Below, one piece after another: positions 1-13,200 of a stretch of DNA of 64,000 nt (the first letter of the stretch is position 1; each line of letters begins with the position of its first letter). A model generated the notes under the pieces. That model ran no database searches. It had not been told where the DNA came from and saw nothing but the letters and a program-made list of their open reading frames with translations. The translations under genes were made by a program, and so were the position numbers. This DNA is from Chara braunii (taxonomy: Eukaryota > Plantae > Charophyceae): contig BFEA01000041.1 in the NCBI GenBank assembly GCA_003427395.1, positions 270,934-334,933 on the forward strand. Reading direction: 5' to 3'.

Positions 1-235
1 TTGCAGCCGACTAGATGGGGAATCAAAAGCACAAAACCTACTGTATTGGAGAGGAAGACAGTGCGCCATGAGCATTAGAAACATTTCAAAGTTGAGACAT
101 CCGGACTTCTCTATAAAAATCGTAATCATCGTCATTTTCTATTCATTACAGCAATAGTGAGCTGACAATCTTCCACACCGATGCCATTAGGGCATCGCAA
201 GTCCGACGTCCCTTACTTATTTTCGCCAATTTTAT

Positions 236-237
<2 letters not shown>

Positions 238-280
<43 letters not shown>

Positions 281-331
281 TACCAATCTGAATCTTTATC
301 ATTATCATCATCATCATCAATCATCATCATC
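238..331. repeat. (CAT)n microsatellite
   Basis: Directly visible CAT trinucleotide runs, adjacent to the A-rich tail of the minus-strand retroelement end. Confidence 0.95.
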
Positions 332-1392
332 ATTTTATTTATTTTATTTTTTTGGTTAGATGGCTCCGTTCCATTGGTGGGGAGCTGCACCTGCTGGAAA
401 CCGGGTCCAGCGTCCCTTACATCATCAATAATGAACCGTCAACAAGGCTGATGTTGAAAAGTGGGTCCAACGACCCTTCAGATCTGGGAATGCTAGAAAT
501 TGTTGCGCCTCTTCACCCTACCCGGGCACCAGATATGCAATTACACCTAGCAGTACTAACATGCCAAAATTACTTATGGGTTCTTTATTCATTTTTTCAT
601 CAATTAGTAGTTATCTCTGTGTTGGTGGTTATATTCTCATCTCCCAGATAGGCTATGGTCTAGTTGGTAGGTAGGTTGGTCAGGAAGGGAGTGCTACTCC
701 GCAGGGGTAACACAAGGTGGGAGGTGATTCCCCTCCAGGGAGCAGACGCAAATGATGGGAGCTGACCTGGGCTGGGGCTGGGAGATATGTATGGGGTCGC
801 ATTATCTGCTGGTGGAGGCAGATTAGGTCAGAGTGTTAGTTTTGAGGTACACCTTTTGGGGGAACTGGTTACCTCAAGGTAGAAGGGAATGGGGAGGTTC
901 TCTCTCTCGTTGGGGCTGATAGGAACTTCATGCTGATAGCGGGGTTCGGCTCAGCGGAGGCAGCGAGAGGAGAAGAGGAAATGAGGGGAGAGCAGGAGAA
1001 TACATGGAAGAAGGGGAGGGGTGGAGAGAAATAATCATCAGCGTTGTCATCATTATCCATATCTTTGTGATCATCTCTGGGTACTCGTCAAAATTCATCA
1101 TCACAAAGTTTTGCTGATCAGGATTCTGATATTATCAGATCCTTGATTTCTGGTAGGCATTCTAGATTAGCTAATTTCCTAATTGAGTCTTCTTGTGTAA
1201 TGGCCAGGTTGAGTTGGCGCCAGAACGACGCTAGCCGGCGCTGGGGCAGTGCCCTGTAACCTGCTTGTGTAGGAGCTTGAGGCTTTGTATAGAGGTCTGG
1301 AATTGCGGAGGGAGGAAGGCGATCTGCAAACTTGACTAATGGCTACAATCTGGCCGACGATGGTCGGAGCTGGGGTGGGTAGCGCTGCCCTG
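332..1392 (-). mobile_element. 3' fragment of a LINE-related retroelement with structured tail
   Basis: Minus strand carries GGGACGCTGGACCCGGTTTCCAGCAGGTGCAGCTCCCCACCAATGGAACGGAGC (363-416), then an (AAAAT)n tail. 500-560 matches 57690-57740 and 62170-62225; 640-1360 matches 31205-31700. Runs into an N gap. Confidence 0.7.
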
Positions 1393-2013
1393 NNNNNNNN
1401 NNNNNNNNNNNNNNNNNNNNNNNNNNNNNNNNNNNNNNNNNNNNNNNNNNNNNNNNNNNNNNNNNNNNNNNNNNNNNNNNNNNNNNNNNNNNNNNNNNNN
1501 NNNNNNNNNNNNNNNNNNNNNNNNNNNNNNNNNNNNNNNNNNNNNNNNNNNNNNNNNNNNNNNNNNNNNNNNNNNNNNNNNNNNNNNNNNNNNNNNNNNN
1601 NNNNNNNNNNNNNNNNNNNNNNNNNNNNNNNNNNNNNNNNNNNNNNNNNNNNNNNNNNNNNNNNNNNNNNNNNNNNNNNNNNNNNNNNNNNNNNNNNNNN
1701 NNNNNNNNNNNNNNNNNNNNNNNNNNNNNNNNNNNNNNNNNNNNNNNNNNNNNNNNNNNNNNNNNNNNNNNNNNNNNNNNNNNNNNNNNNNNNNNNNNNN
1801 NNNNNNNNNNNNNNNNNNNNNNNNNNNNNNNNNNNNNNNNNNNNNNNNNNNNNNNNNNNNNNNNNNNNNNNNNNNNNNNNNNNNNNNNNNNNNNNNNNNN
1901 NNNNNNNNNNNNNNNNNNNNNNNNNNNNNNNNNNNNNNNNNNNNNNNNNNNNNNNNNNNNNNNNNNNNNNNNNNNNNNNNNNNNNNNNNNNNNNNNNNNN
2001 NNNNNNNNNNNNN

Positions 2014-2069
<56 letters not shown>
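2014..2069. repeat. (CT)n microsatellite at gap edge
   Basis: Direct. Confidence 0.95.
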
Positions 2070-2074
<5 letters not shown>

Positions 2075-3921
2075 TAATCTGACTCTCTCAGTCTCAATCT
2101 CTCTAACTATCTCTCAATCTCTCACTTATGGAAGGGGGACAGGGCCGGTTTTCACAGCCCTCCGATGTGAACTGACGGATTGCAGGCAAAAAGAGAGAGA
2201 AGGCTTGCACAGACTCTTGTGAAATCTGTACAAAACTTTTGTCCAGCTTGCACAAACTCTTGCTTCCGAAATCTGTACAAAACTTTTGTCCAGATTCACT
2301 AACAAGGTCACAATAATTCCACTGAAGAATGCCGTGTATGTCAGGGGGCCATGAAAACTGGCCGCCGTCTCTGACCATTTGAGAGAAGGGAAAAAAGGAA
2401 ACTTCACAACAGTCGTCTCGTAAGCGAATCTGGTTGGTCACTCTGTCTGGCCTCATTTCAAAGATGGCCACTGTCAGGATGACATTGCCCCTTTTTCGTT
2501 CTTTTCCCAGTTGGGACAGGGAGGACTTTCCGGCATCCCTCTGTCACTTTTATGGCTGTCACCTCTCCTTGGGCCCTCATCCCCTTTTTCTTCTCAGATC
2601 ATGCAGGCCTGGTGCGGGCCATTAGACACTGCCTGTGGTCGTTCAAGTAGGGCTGCTCTAGATGCAAAAAGTCATGGGGGGGGGGCCATCGTGGTTACCC
2701 CATAGGGCCTGTGCACAGATGATCATGCCACCCGTCCATGTGCCCGTACAATGTGCCTCATCCTAAAAGTGCTTCACACAGGACTGCATGGACTGTCTCA
2801 TCCAGTGCTGGTGCGTGTGACCACTGTCTGGTAATCTGCTGGAATGCTGCGGATTTGCTCGGTGTTCATCAAGGCGGGTGAGCAGGGGGTATACTACGGA
2901 GAACGTCGAGGTTGGGTGGGAGGGCCTCGTGGATTGTCAAAAAAAGAAGAAAATGAAACAAATTTCTCAGTTGGTTAGAGCTCTGGTGTAGCGATGGAGA
3001 CGTTGCAGGTTTGACTCCAGTCAGCCCTCATCATCTCCTGTGCACAGTCAGTTGGTGTTGGAATGACACCCCACACACTTGCCCCCCAGCCTACCATCTT
3101 CACCCGAATACAACGCGCGGTCACTATAGCCACATTTGGTGCAATTTTCAGTCGAGATACAGCTATAATGACCAGGCGTTCTATTCTATTCGCGTGAAGA
3201 CAATAGCGCAGTGCAAATACACCTACATCATGCTATACATGGGATACTAGGGGATTGCCAGGGGTAGCACTACCTTGTGGGCCATCTGCAGTGAGAGGGG
3301 AGAAAGGCGTTTTTAGGGGGAGGGATCGAGGGGGGAAGTATCACACTGTGAAGGCATCGTCATGGAGGGTGGTGAACATCCTTGTAGGGAGCTAATGCGG
3401 AGTAGGGGTGTGTTCTATGCTATACCGGACAATAGTCACAGGCTGGGCAGGACAACCCGTCCAGCCCTGGTTGAAGGACTATTGAGTGAGCCCTGTTGCA
3501 TGGGCACCTCGGACACCAGGCATGATCATTATGGACTGACCCATGAGCTCAACATGATGCCCCCCCCTAGAGTCCTTACCCAGGGTATCCCTGCTCGAGA
3601 TAGCACTGGCAGTGTCGAATGGCCTAAGCCAAGGTCTATGAGAGCCCTACCCTTGGTACGTCTTCCCTCGCACAGCCCCTTGTTCAGCTCTCTGTGATAT
3701 GTGTACCTCTGTAGCCTCTGCATAAAGGCTACACTGCCGCTACAGGCTCATTTATGTAATCTGTCGACATGGTGGGCTTGAGACACTCAACCTTAGCCCA
3801 ATCCGTATGTAATCCTTGTATCTAGACTGACATACGCAATCTTTGTAGTGTCTCCCTGCAGGCCAATCGGACTGCAGAAATGTTTGTTTGTTTGTTTTTG
3901 TTTTGTTTTTTTAAAGAAATA

Positions 3922-4035
3922 ACTACGGCGCAGTCAGGGTTACAGTTTGTAATTGCATCTCAAACTTCGTTTTAGCAGTTCAGTCAGGCCCCGAGTTTCA
4001 AATGCAGTTGAAACAGTTCAGTCAGGCATATGGCC

Positions 4036-4070
<35 letters not shown>

Positions 4071-4670
4071 GGTGCGCCCCATCACACTCCGCCGTGCCCC
4101 GGGCTGGAAAAAAAAAAAAAAAAAAAAACAGCCCCATGGGTGGGGCATGGCCGAGATGTCTCGGCCACACTCCAGATGGGCCACTGCCGAGATGTCTCGG
4201 CCACAGCCACCTTTCACAGGCAAACGCGGATGGAGCCAAAAAAAAAAGGAAAAGAAAAAAGAAGAAAAAAAAAAGAAAAGAAACAAGGAGCTTTGAATCC
4301 ACGTACGTGGGGAACTCAAGTTACACCAGTCCTTTGAGGAATGTATCTGGCCAGTATGTGAGGACCGTGAATCATATCGTTTTTTTTGTTTCCTTTTTGT
4401 TGTGAGGTCGTTGTAGCGCCCTGCCAGCCAGGCAGGGCGGATTCCACGGGTTCCAGACAAGTACTGTACATCCTGTATCGGACCGCAATCACCGCATAAG
4501 GGATGCTTTTTTTCCTTTTTTTCTCATCTGCTGCTCGTGGATGGACGAGGGCCCTGACTGAACTGCTACCGAGCCAAGTTTGAAATGCATTCCAAACTCG
4601 GGCCGTGACTGAAGTGCGAAAACGCAGTTTGAAGTGCATTTACAAACTGTTTTCGTGACTGCGCCGTAGT
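3922..4670. mobile_element. MITE / non-autonomous TIR DNA transposon with TA target duplication
   Basis: Termini ACTACGGCGCAGTCA...TGACTGCGCCGTAGT with ~100 bp imperfect inverted repeats, flanked by TA on both sides (3920-3921, 4671-4672). Two internal GCCGAGATGTCTCGGC palindromes. Confidence 0.8.
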
Positions 4671-4762
4671 TACCCCTTTCTTAAATGATAACTTCGTATG
4701 CGGGAAAACCCACTTAACGAGGTGGTAAGAGCACCCCCGTTAAGTGGGCCCCGGTGTTGAAG

Positions 4763-6990
4763 GCTCCATCCCCAGCTGCACCTGCTGGAAATCGGGTCCA
4801 GCATCCCGATAAAATGATGTGATGTGTGCCAGCTGGAAATCGGGCCCAGCATCCCTATTCAATGATCCGCAAGCATGTCTTATCAAGCATCCCAGAAAAC
4901 ATGAATATGTTCGTAAGAACTGTATATGTTGTGTCGTACCAAAGTCCATGTGTCCCTACCGAGCAGGGGCATTGATTACTCCCCTGCATTAGGGAAGGAT
5001 TGACCTCCTGCCCTTGTTGTGTAGAGCAAGCGAAAAGCATTCTCATAAATCACTCTAACAGACAAATTGAATCCACACACGAAACCCCCAACAATCAATC
5101 GGCTACCTCCGCGTGATTGGAAGTTGTGGGCCAGGCAACTCCAATCGGTGCAGGGGAAATCATCTATCCTACTCCCATCCTGTGCCCAACCAAGAGAAGC
5201 AGATCAATTGAGTGTACACCGGAAAGAACGGGGGGAAATTGCCAGGTGTCCCCATGATGCGGATGGACGTTGTTGCGGTACGTGTTGTGATGGCTCTTGA
5301 TGCCACCCGATCCCTGCCATCAGATGTCACCGTGATCTGTGCTGGAATGGCTGTCATTATTGTTGTTACTGGTGCAGTAATCATTTTTGTTGTTTTCAGT
5401 GTTGGTGTCGATGTCGTTAATGTTGATGTAGTTGATGTTGATGTCGTTGATGTTGATGTTGATGCCGATGATGTTGATGTCGTTTCTGTTGCTGTTGTTG
5501 TAAATTTCAATATTATTGGAAGATCGCCCGGTGATGTTGCCGCGATCTGGTCTTGAGGAGCTTGAAGACGCTGTGGTTCACCCTGCGCCCCCATCGTTTC
5601 GCCTTCAGCACCGTTGTTGTAATCGTCACTGGGCAGTGCCTGTCCCTCCTTCTTAGAGTACTCCTGGTGTGACGACTCTTCCAACGCTGTATGCAGGTTT
5701 CTTCCTTCTCCAAACAGGTCATAGCATCTATGCATGAGCGCGCCCGCCTGCTTCCAATCAATAATATCATCCAGTTGAGGATTCGGCCCTTCCTCAAGTA
5801 TCCAGATGATATCCAGAATTTGCTGGGTTGTGTCCTCCAGCCATTCTACAGACGAGGTCTCCGCCCACTGAACCTCGGGTGAGTGTTTTGCTGTCGAAGC
5901 TAGAACCCGCACGAGCTCCTGGAGCTGCTGCCGACCCTCCTCCAGGGTTGCCAGCCACTTGTCCGCTTCTTGTTGTAAACTCCTTGTCAACGCGATCTCC
6001 GTCATAGTTGTATCTTCTGTCCTCCGCTGCTATCCTCCGCTGCTGTCCTCCACCGCTGTCCTCCGCTGCTGTCCTCCTTGTGTACTCGTAATGCCTTTAT
6101 GCCCAAGGGCTCCCGAGGGGGATCTCCTCTCCTCCACTCTGTCCGCTCAAAGTGGGGGCCTATGGCGGGGAGGACCCTCGCCTTCCTCAAAAATGACCAG
6201 GAAGTCAACCGGAGTGCGATAGGGCCTTGCCTGCCGGTCCGGTTAGCACACTCCGACTGCCGAAATGTTATACTTTGCTGGATCTCCCTAACCCCCCCTC
6301 CCCTACCCAAGATTCGCCCAGACCCTCTAACCATCCTCCCTACCCATCCATGTTTGGGTTACCTCCTTATCTGCTCCTGTTCCCCAATCCAGAGAAGTGC
6401 TTCCCTAGGGTGACCCAACTTGAAGCCCTCTAATCCTCTTTGTCCCTACTGACAGCTTTAGATTCTGGGCAGCACAAGCCATCTATCTCTTCCTTCTCCC
6501 TATAGGCATTCACTCCCCACCCTGGTGCAAGCCCTGTGGAGTGGCGTGTTCTAACAACTCCCTCTGCCCCCAGGATAGGAACCACCCCACCAATTGCTCC
6601 TAATCCCCGGCCTAGAGTAGTGCCCCCCCTACCTGTACGATCCCTCTAATCCTCTTGCTCCATCCTGCACCACCAGATTTAGGGCAGGACAACCCTTGAT
6701 CCACCCCAGCTCAAAAGGGCATTTACTCCACACCCCCATGAAGGTCATGCAGAACCGTGCTCTCACCAACCCTCCCTCCATCCCCGCACTGCCCACCTCT
6801 GCCCCACTGTGAATTCCTCCTCTTTTCCACGATGTAGTATTATACCAAATGACAGCGGCCATCCCCACAGATCCCTTAGTATCCCTTGTGCCCATATATG
6901 AGGCTGTATGTGTTTGCTATGCTAGGTCCGCTGCATCTGCCATGCCACCCTCCGGTGGAGAGCCTCGCCTTCACCTCTGGCAGTAGTCTC
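4763..6990 (-). mobile_element. Retroelement 3' portion carrying the novel ORF and tail hairpins
   Basis: ORF 5169-6005, then a 3'UTR block (GCAGGAGGTCAATCCTTCCC...AGTAATCAATGCC, ~4965-5012) shared with 55695-55740, then two GCTGG(G/A)CCCGATTTCCAGC hairpins (4783-4855). Upstream limit approximate. Confidence 0.5.
5169..6005 (-). CDS. Repeat-borne hypothetical protein: ~100-aa acidic helical domain plus Thr-rich tract
   Basis: Open 278-aa ATG ORF. The segment WLATLEEGRQQLQELVR...WLED...ILDIIWILEEGPNPQLDDIIDWKQA...LFGEGRNL aligns with the repeated domain at 53500-55100. Confidence 0.45.
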   Translation of the reverse strand: MTEIALTRSLQQEADKWLATLEEGRQQLQELVRVLASTAKHSPEVQWAETSSVEWLEDTTQQILDIIWILEEGPNPQLDDIIDWKQAGALMHRCYDLFGEGRNLHTALEESSHQEYSKKEGQALPSDDYNNGAEGETMGAQGEPQRLQAPQDQIAATSPGDLPIILKFTTTATETTSTSSASTSTSTTSTSTTSTLTTSTPTLKTTKMITAPVTTIMTAIPAQITVTSDGRDRVASRAITTRTATTSIRIMGTPGNFPPFFPVYTQLICFSWLGTGWE

Positions 6991-7176
6991 TCCCATTCTT
7001 CCTCCCTTGTCTTCACCCCCGAAGGTAGCATTCCACCAGGCAGTCTACGTAGCCCTTATGATAGAACTACACATCTCCCTCATCCCCCTCTTTCTCTTTC
7101 CCCCCTCCATTCTCTTTCACACACTCCCCCTCTATCTCGATTCCTCCCCCCCTTCTCTCCCTCACACACACACACA

Positions 7177-7415
7177 CCATTTGGTGTCAATGGTTGAGTG
7201 GTTGTGTAGAGTGGGTTTTATGACTGTGTTAGATTAGTTTCTCAGACCTACCGTCGTTCTTGTCAGGGGTTTGGACCGGTAGTCTGCTAGGATTGCAAGG
7301 TTGGTGTGAGTAAAGTCGACCACTTTTCTCAAGGCTATCGCTAACTCTGGGCGATATGGTGAGTCCTTATCCATCAGTCAAATGCATCCTGAGTAAACTG
7401 TCGGGGTTCAACCTC
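7177..7415 (+). mobile_element. Second, 5'-truncated copy of the hammerhead-bearing retrozyme-like repeat
   Basis: Collinear with 20659-20897. Preceded by a (CA)n run and ends in the 5' half of the hammerhead (ACTGTCGGGGTTCAACCTC) at an N gap. Confidence 0.85.
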
Positions 7416-7428
7416 NNNNNNNNNNNNN

Positions 7429-10076
7429 GGCATACCGAAGAATACAGAAGAATACTAAAGACGATTAAGGATTGCTGAGTGTTGTGTGGGGTGCTGAGAA
7501 GCGGGCCCATCTGTACAGAACCGCACCCTCCACCTACTATCTTCATGGGTTACCTGGGATACCTATCCGTGGTTCCTCTAGGGCCGCCGACAGGGGATCG
7601 TCCCGCCTAGCGCAGATCCAGAGAGAAGGGGTGGGGCGGGAACGGATTCGGGAAGTCCTCCGCCGGTCTCAAGGGTACGCTGCAGTCGATGGACAGCCAG
7701 TCACCGTCCTTTCTCCTCGTCCATCGTCTTTGTCGTCTTTGTCCTCCTCACCCTTTCCGTCCCCTGACCAGCTCACCTCTGCTACACATCCCTCTCTCTC
7801 ACCTCCCAGCCATTCCCTCGAAAACTGTCCGATCCTCTCCCCGATGTCCTTTGCACTGTGGAGGGTGTCGAGGGTGAGCTTGGCAGATTTCCATCTGTAC
7901 TCAAGTTCCATCTGTATGTGGTGTTTGAACTGCTCGATCCTTTCCTCGCCTCGACACGTACCTGGTCAAACACCAAGGCACAGCGTTGCCACCATAAGAC
8001 CCATAAAACCGTTCGTCTGCCCACTTGGAACATGTTCCAAGTAAAGTCGTTTCCTTGGAAGGGTGGGTAGTATCCCAAGAGAGTGGCCCGCCAATCCCAT
8101 GGCCACTGCTGTCCTGGAACAATGTGCTGCCACACTCTGTCCCACCATCTCCATGTTAGAACCGCTGACGGGGATTGCAAAAAGATATGTTCGATTGTTT
8201 CTGCTCTCTTCTTTGTTGGATAGCCTGACAAGCAGCGTGGGCACCATGGCAGAGCCCGGCCCTGCTGTTCCACGTGCGTATGGTCAATGAGCCAGTCATT
8301 GGTTGGTAAGCATCGGTGCCGTATCTGCCATTGGAGGGACGTGATCTTCGCAGGTCGGCCCTTGGTGTCGCCAAACCAATGAATTGGTGTGAGGAGCCGT
8401 CTGTCCACATTAAGGTGCCTATGCCATCTGTCAATCACGACGTCCTTCAGGCAGCGCTTGATGTCATCGTTTGAGTTTCAGAATGTGCAAGTTTAGCGAG
8501 GGTTTGAAACTGTGGCCGTTTTTTTGAAGTGGCGGAAATGCAGATTTCGCAACGACTTTTTTTGCCCTGTTTTTTTTTTTTTTTAACTGCTAATTTAAGT
8601 TGCATAGTCTTCCAAACGCTAGGTGTGACCCAGGAGCCCTTGCCCTTTTTTTTCCCTTCAAGGCTGGGCCTAGTGCCACCCACACCATGTGACACTTTTT
8701 TTTCCTACTGGTCCTTCGGACGCTTTATCCCGAGCTTCCAAATTTTAGGAGAAGCTCAATCGAATTCTCAACTTGGCTGAGGCAATGTACTGGCGGTTTA
8801 AACCACCAGTACATGGCCCCAGGACACGCGGTTAAGGGAAAGCCCAAAATTCGGGGTTTTTCGCTGCATCACTACAAGTTCGAAGTTCGCCAAAACGTTT
8901 CCCGAATTCGGTGTTTTTGCCAACTTTTTCGTTACTCATCCAAATACGTCGAAACTGAATACAGATATACCCTAAAGCTTATACATATCAGACAAAAAAA
9001 CAAAACAAAAAAATAGCAAAAATTCAGGGAAATATGGAAGTTTCGGTGAAAAATTCGCCGAAAATGACACCACCTATTAACCACGAGTGGGCCCCAGGCA
9101 ATTGGAGAACCTGTTTTGAGCCTCTTGAAAAATTTAGGAGGCCGAGCGCCGTAGATAAAACGAATCGGCCGTGGGTGGCCTCCGAAAGGGGCCTGCGGTC
9201 GATAGCTATAACACGTACTGGTGCTTTAAGAGCTCAACTATGTCCAAAGACTCCCAACAAACATATCAACCCGAATTTCGCTACGTCCGAACAACCTATA
9301 CACCTGAGTTTGGCTATAGCCAAACTAGCCTATAAACCCACATCCAAACAAAACAATCACCCCCCCCACATTCAGTTAGATCCAAGCATTTGTTTGCTTT
9401 TTTGTCGGAGCTGGTTAGGGTTTATGGATTGACCACCAACATCCGCACCCCTCTACCAGATCCTGTGGCCTTGCAAAGCGAGGGGATGCACTTTCTTTGG
9501 ATGCCTGCCTGCGGCTGCTCTAGAGGTTTAACCTGGGGCCAGCCAACTATGGATATACCTCAAAGGTGATGGCGCCAACCCTTCAAAAGCGAGGGGGAAA
9601 AAAAATATGCATCTGGCTGTCCTCAGGTTGAAGGTACATTTTTTTGAAGGAGGATAACTCTTTGTTTTAGGGTCATTTGGTTTTAACTTGTGGTACATGA
9701 TTAGGAGTATCCAGCGTCCCTTCGATACAGCGAAGGATTGAAGCCAGGGGCGCAGCGCTACCGAGAGCGCTGCGCCCCGACAACATCCAATCAAGGTCAC
9801 CACCACGGAGAGGAGCCGCGCGCGCCTGATAATTGCACGCAGCAAGGAAAATAGAGCGCGCGCTCGACGATTGCGTGCGATTGGGCACGCGCCCTGAGCT
9901 GAAATTTGGACCACCAGTGGTCTACGCTGAGGAGCTGAGGTGGTCCAAATTTCAGACCAAACGGTCCAGCGGAGCATGAGATATCGAAGTTTTAGGGCGC
10001 GCCATGAAATTCGAGCGCGTCGGGAGATGAGGACGACGGGGGGATGGAATGGCATCTAAGCCTTCAACCTCAACAC
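7429..10076. other. Apparently identical duplicate of 27500-30147; probable assembly artefact
   Basis: Identical ORF track at a constant 20071-bp offset. Bounded by an N gap on the left and a Nextera junction adapter on the right. Confidence 0.85.
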
Positions 10077-10114
10077 CTGTCTCTTATACACATCTAGATG
10101 TGTATAAGAGACAG
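10077..10114. other. Nextera mate-pair junction adapter (Tn5 mosaic-end palindrome); library contaminant
   Basis: Exact CTGTCTCTTATACACATCT-AGATGTGTATAAGAGACAG. Confidence 0.98.
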
Positions 10115-10169
10115 CTATGTGGTAGAGGAACGATTGAGATTGTGGTGGACTGAGGTTAAGGGAGGCAAG

Positions 10170-10185
10170 TTTTTTTTTTTTTTTT

Positions 10186-10260
<75 letters not shown>

Positions 10261-13200
10261 TTAAAACCCAATCGAAAGTAATTAGGAATGATGATAAGAG
10301 CATCCATTCCTAATTACCCAGTTGAGACTCCAGTCTATTGGTGGGGAGTATCACCTGATGAAAATCGGGTTCAACGTCCCTTATACAGAGAATCAATTTG
10401 TCCAACATTACAATTTAAATGAGAACCAATAGGATCAAACCACCTCTTCAGTCCTAAACAGACCGCCATATAGTGCGTGCACGGTGCACCTCTCACAGTT
10501 TTATCCCTCTTGATAATGAAGATTCATTCCTCATTGTTCGTCCCCCCCCCCCCACCAAACCATTGAAGCTCTACCAAAGCTAAATCCGAGGGGGCGAATA
10601 GTTCAAAAAAACATGCAGCATCTCTGAAGAACTCTCCTGGCTTAATATCAAACCATTCATTAAACTGCAAAAACTAACTCTTTTTGAGAGGCATCACAGA
10701 CTGATTCTCATCAGGCCATACCACTTGCCCCATACCTTGTTCTTGTGATCCCCTTAGCCAGTCCATTGTGAATTTGAGAATAGATTGCTTGATGTCTTTC
10801 TTCTGATTTAGAGATTTTAATTTGCCTTTAAGATTAATCCATTGTGCTCGAATTTCTGTGTCCACGAATTGTTTGACATTTTGAAAAAAATTGATCCCTT
10901 CCATACATACATCCTCTATTACATGTACACACCTCCTTCGCCATATGGCCTATATGATAACTTTCCTTCCAATACGAAACAAATTTGATTGGAAGGTTGA
11001 AAGGGACACGTCAACTGGATTCCAATGGCCCAGTAAAAGGGCTTTCCACTCCTAGGGTCACTCGAGGCTAGTCAGTCTGGGCCAAACACAATCCCAACGA
11101 TGCCACATAAGGATGGCCCCTGGGCACTGAGTGAAGGATGTGTTCGATGGTTTCACGATATTTACATGAGGGAAATGCCGTATAACATGAACGACACCAC
11201 GGTAATGTCAACCCTCTTTGTTCTAGTGTTGGGTGATCTATCGACCAGTCATTAGTAAGCAGACATTTATGCATAATCTGCCATTGAAGTGAAGCAAATT
11301 TGGTTGTTTTTTCCTTACTAAATCGAAACCAACGTAACGTACGAACTTGGTTTATGTGAATGTTGAGATGCCTTACCCATCTATTTTGCACCACCGCTAG
11401 AGCATTGACTTTCGGTCTTAATAATCGATAGGTTGCCTTGACAGTCATGGATTGAAGCGTTATGGGCTTACCCTTTTTTTAAACCTGCCATGTCCATTCC
11501 TTAGGGTCTAGTGGAAGCTCCGCTATTGTGATTTTAGGATGATAGGCCTGTCATTGGGTAAGTGATGAATGACTAGGTACTGTGTAATGATAATTTTTTT
11601 GGGCACCTGCTCCACCCTGTCTGGATCATACTTAGACAGAAAAAAAAATTGTTGTGGTCGAAAAATATTCACCATTGCCCCGTCCAGATGCAGACATACA
11701 ACTTGTCCTATCATCCATATGTTATCAGAATTATACTCTGCCACCCGATCAGAATCCTGCAGGCGGCACCCTTTTCTTAACGTTTGTACGCAAGTCAGGG
11801 GAATAAAGAAAATTATTTAGTCCAATATTTCAGGTAAGTGATCTGCATACTTGAGAGTCAATTTGAGTTGTTTTACAAACTTCCAATTCCTTACTGATGG
11901 ATCCCAAATGCCTTTAATCCTCAAAACTCCTCTTTTGACCCAGGTTGACCATGGAAGTGAAGAGTTATTGTAAACACACCCATTACGATCCGTGATCCAT
12001 CTATTACCAACGAGAGTTTGTCTTAACACTTCTTCATATCTTGATGGAACTGGTCTATCCTGGAATGGTAGTTGTCTCCAGGTTTTAATAAAAGAAACCA
12101 AAAAGTTATCTGGACAACTGTCCCTACGCACTTCTCCCTGCAACCCTTCTTCATGTGAATGTGAATTTGTTCTAGAAACGGTCCAATAATGGTTTTCTAC
12201 CCATGTACGTGAATGTATTTCATCAGTTGCGGGATGCGTTAAACGCTGAATTTTATTCTAAAGTCATAGGTTGCTAGGGAATTTCTGGTGAAAATATAAA
12301 TGATTTTATCCATTGAAGAGACAATGCCTGACATTGTAAGGATGAGTCCAATATACCTAATCCATCTTTGGATTTAGGCTCAGTACGTGTAAGCTAGACC
12401 ATCCTTAAAATTACTCTTTGGGTCTCGTGATTACCCCTCCAAAGAAAGGATATCTACAACTTTTTCAATGCCTTAATTGTTATCTTGGAAAGTGACCGAA
12501 TTGTCGTCTTATACCAAATAGATGCTAATATTTCATTATTAATGAGTAAGCCCCTTCCGAACAAATAAGTGTGTTGATTTTCCCATTGGGTCATTTTTCC
12601 TAACACGGGTTTTGATATTCAATCATTGTTTGTAGAGAGTCTCCCTAAACTAGTAAGAGAGACATCAGAACCTGAATGGGAGATTCTAGGGATAACCATT
12701 TCACCTTAGGTTGTTCAGGTGGTCTGACTCCACTAGAATGTATCCACCAACCTTATGTCTTGCTACCCCAATTAACCACCATATCAGATACTAAAGTAAA
12801 TTTATCCATTAAAGCCTTAATTTCCATCATATTACATGTTGACGCTTCCATTATAAGAGTGATATCGTCTGCAAACATAGAACTGATAGGAATGACTTTG
12901 TCTAAAATCCCAACGATTTGTAGTCGTTTTAAATTACGATGACTTCGAAGATTTACTCCCAAGGCTTCCATAATTATAAGGAAAAGAAAAGGTGCTAGAG
13001 GATCCCCTGACGCACCGAACGGTATAGTTTGATTTTAAGAGAAGGTAACCCATTAACTTGAACCCTGGTAGTAACATTATAGTGCAAAATACTAATCCAT
13101 TTCTGTAAAATGAGACCAAAGTTTATTTTTGATAGATAAGCGTAAAAAAATCGTCAGTCCACATGATCATAGACCTTCTCAAAATCAATAAAGACAACTG

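Noticed and set aside
1339-2082. Long ORFs across N runs (also 20856-21511, 26451-27093, 44561-45515)
   Set aside because: Open only because of assembly gaps
10077-10114. Perfect 38-bp palindrome resembling Tn5/IS50 ends (apparent bacterial transfer)
   Set aside because: Exact Nextera mate-pair junction adapter; a library artefact
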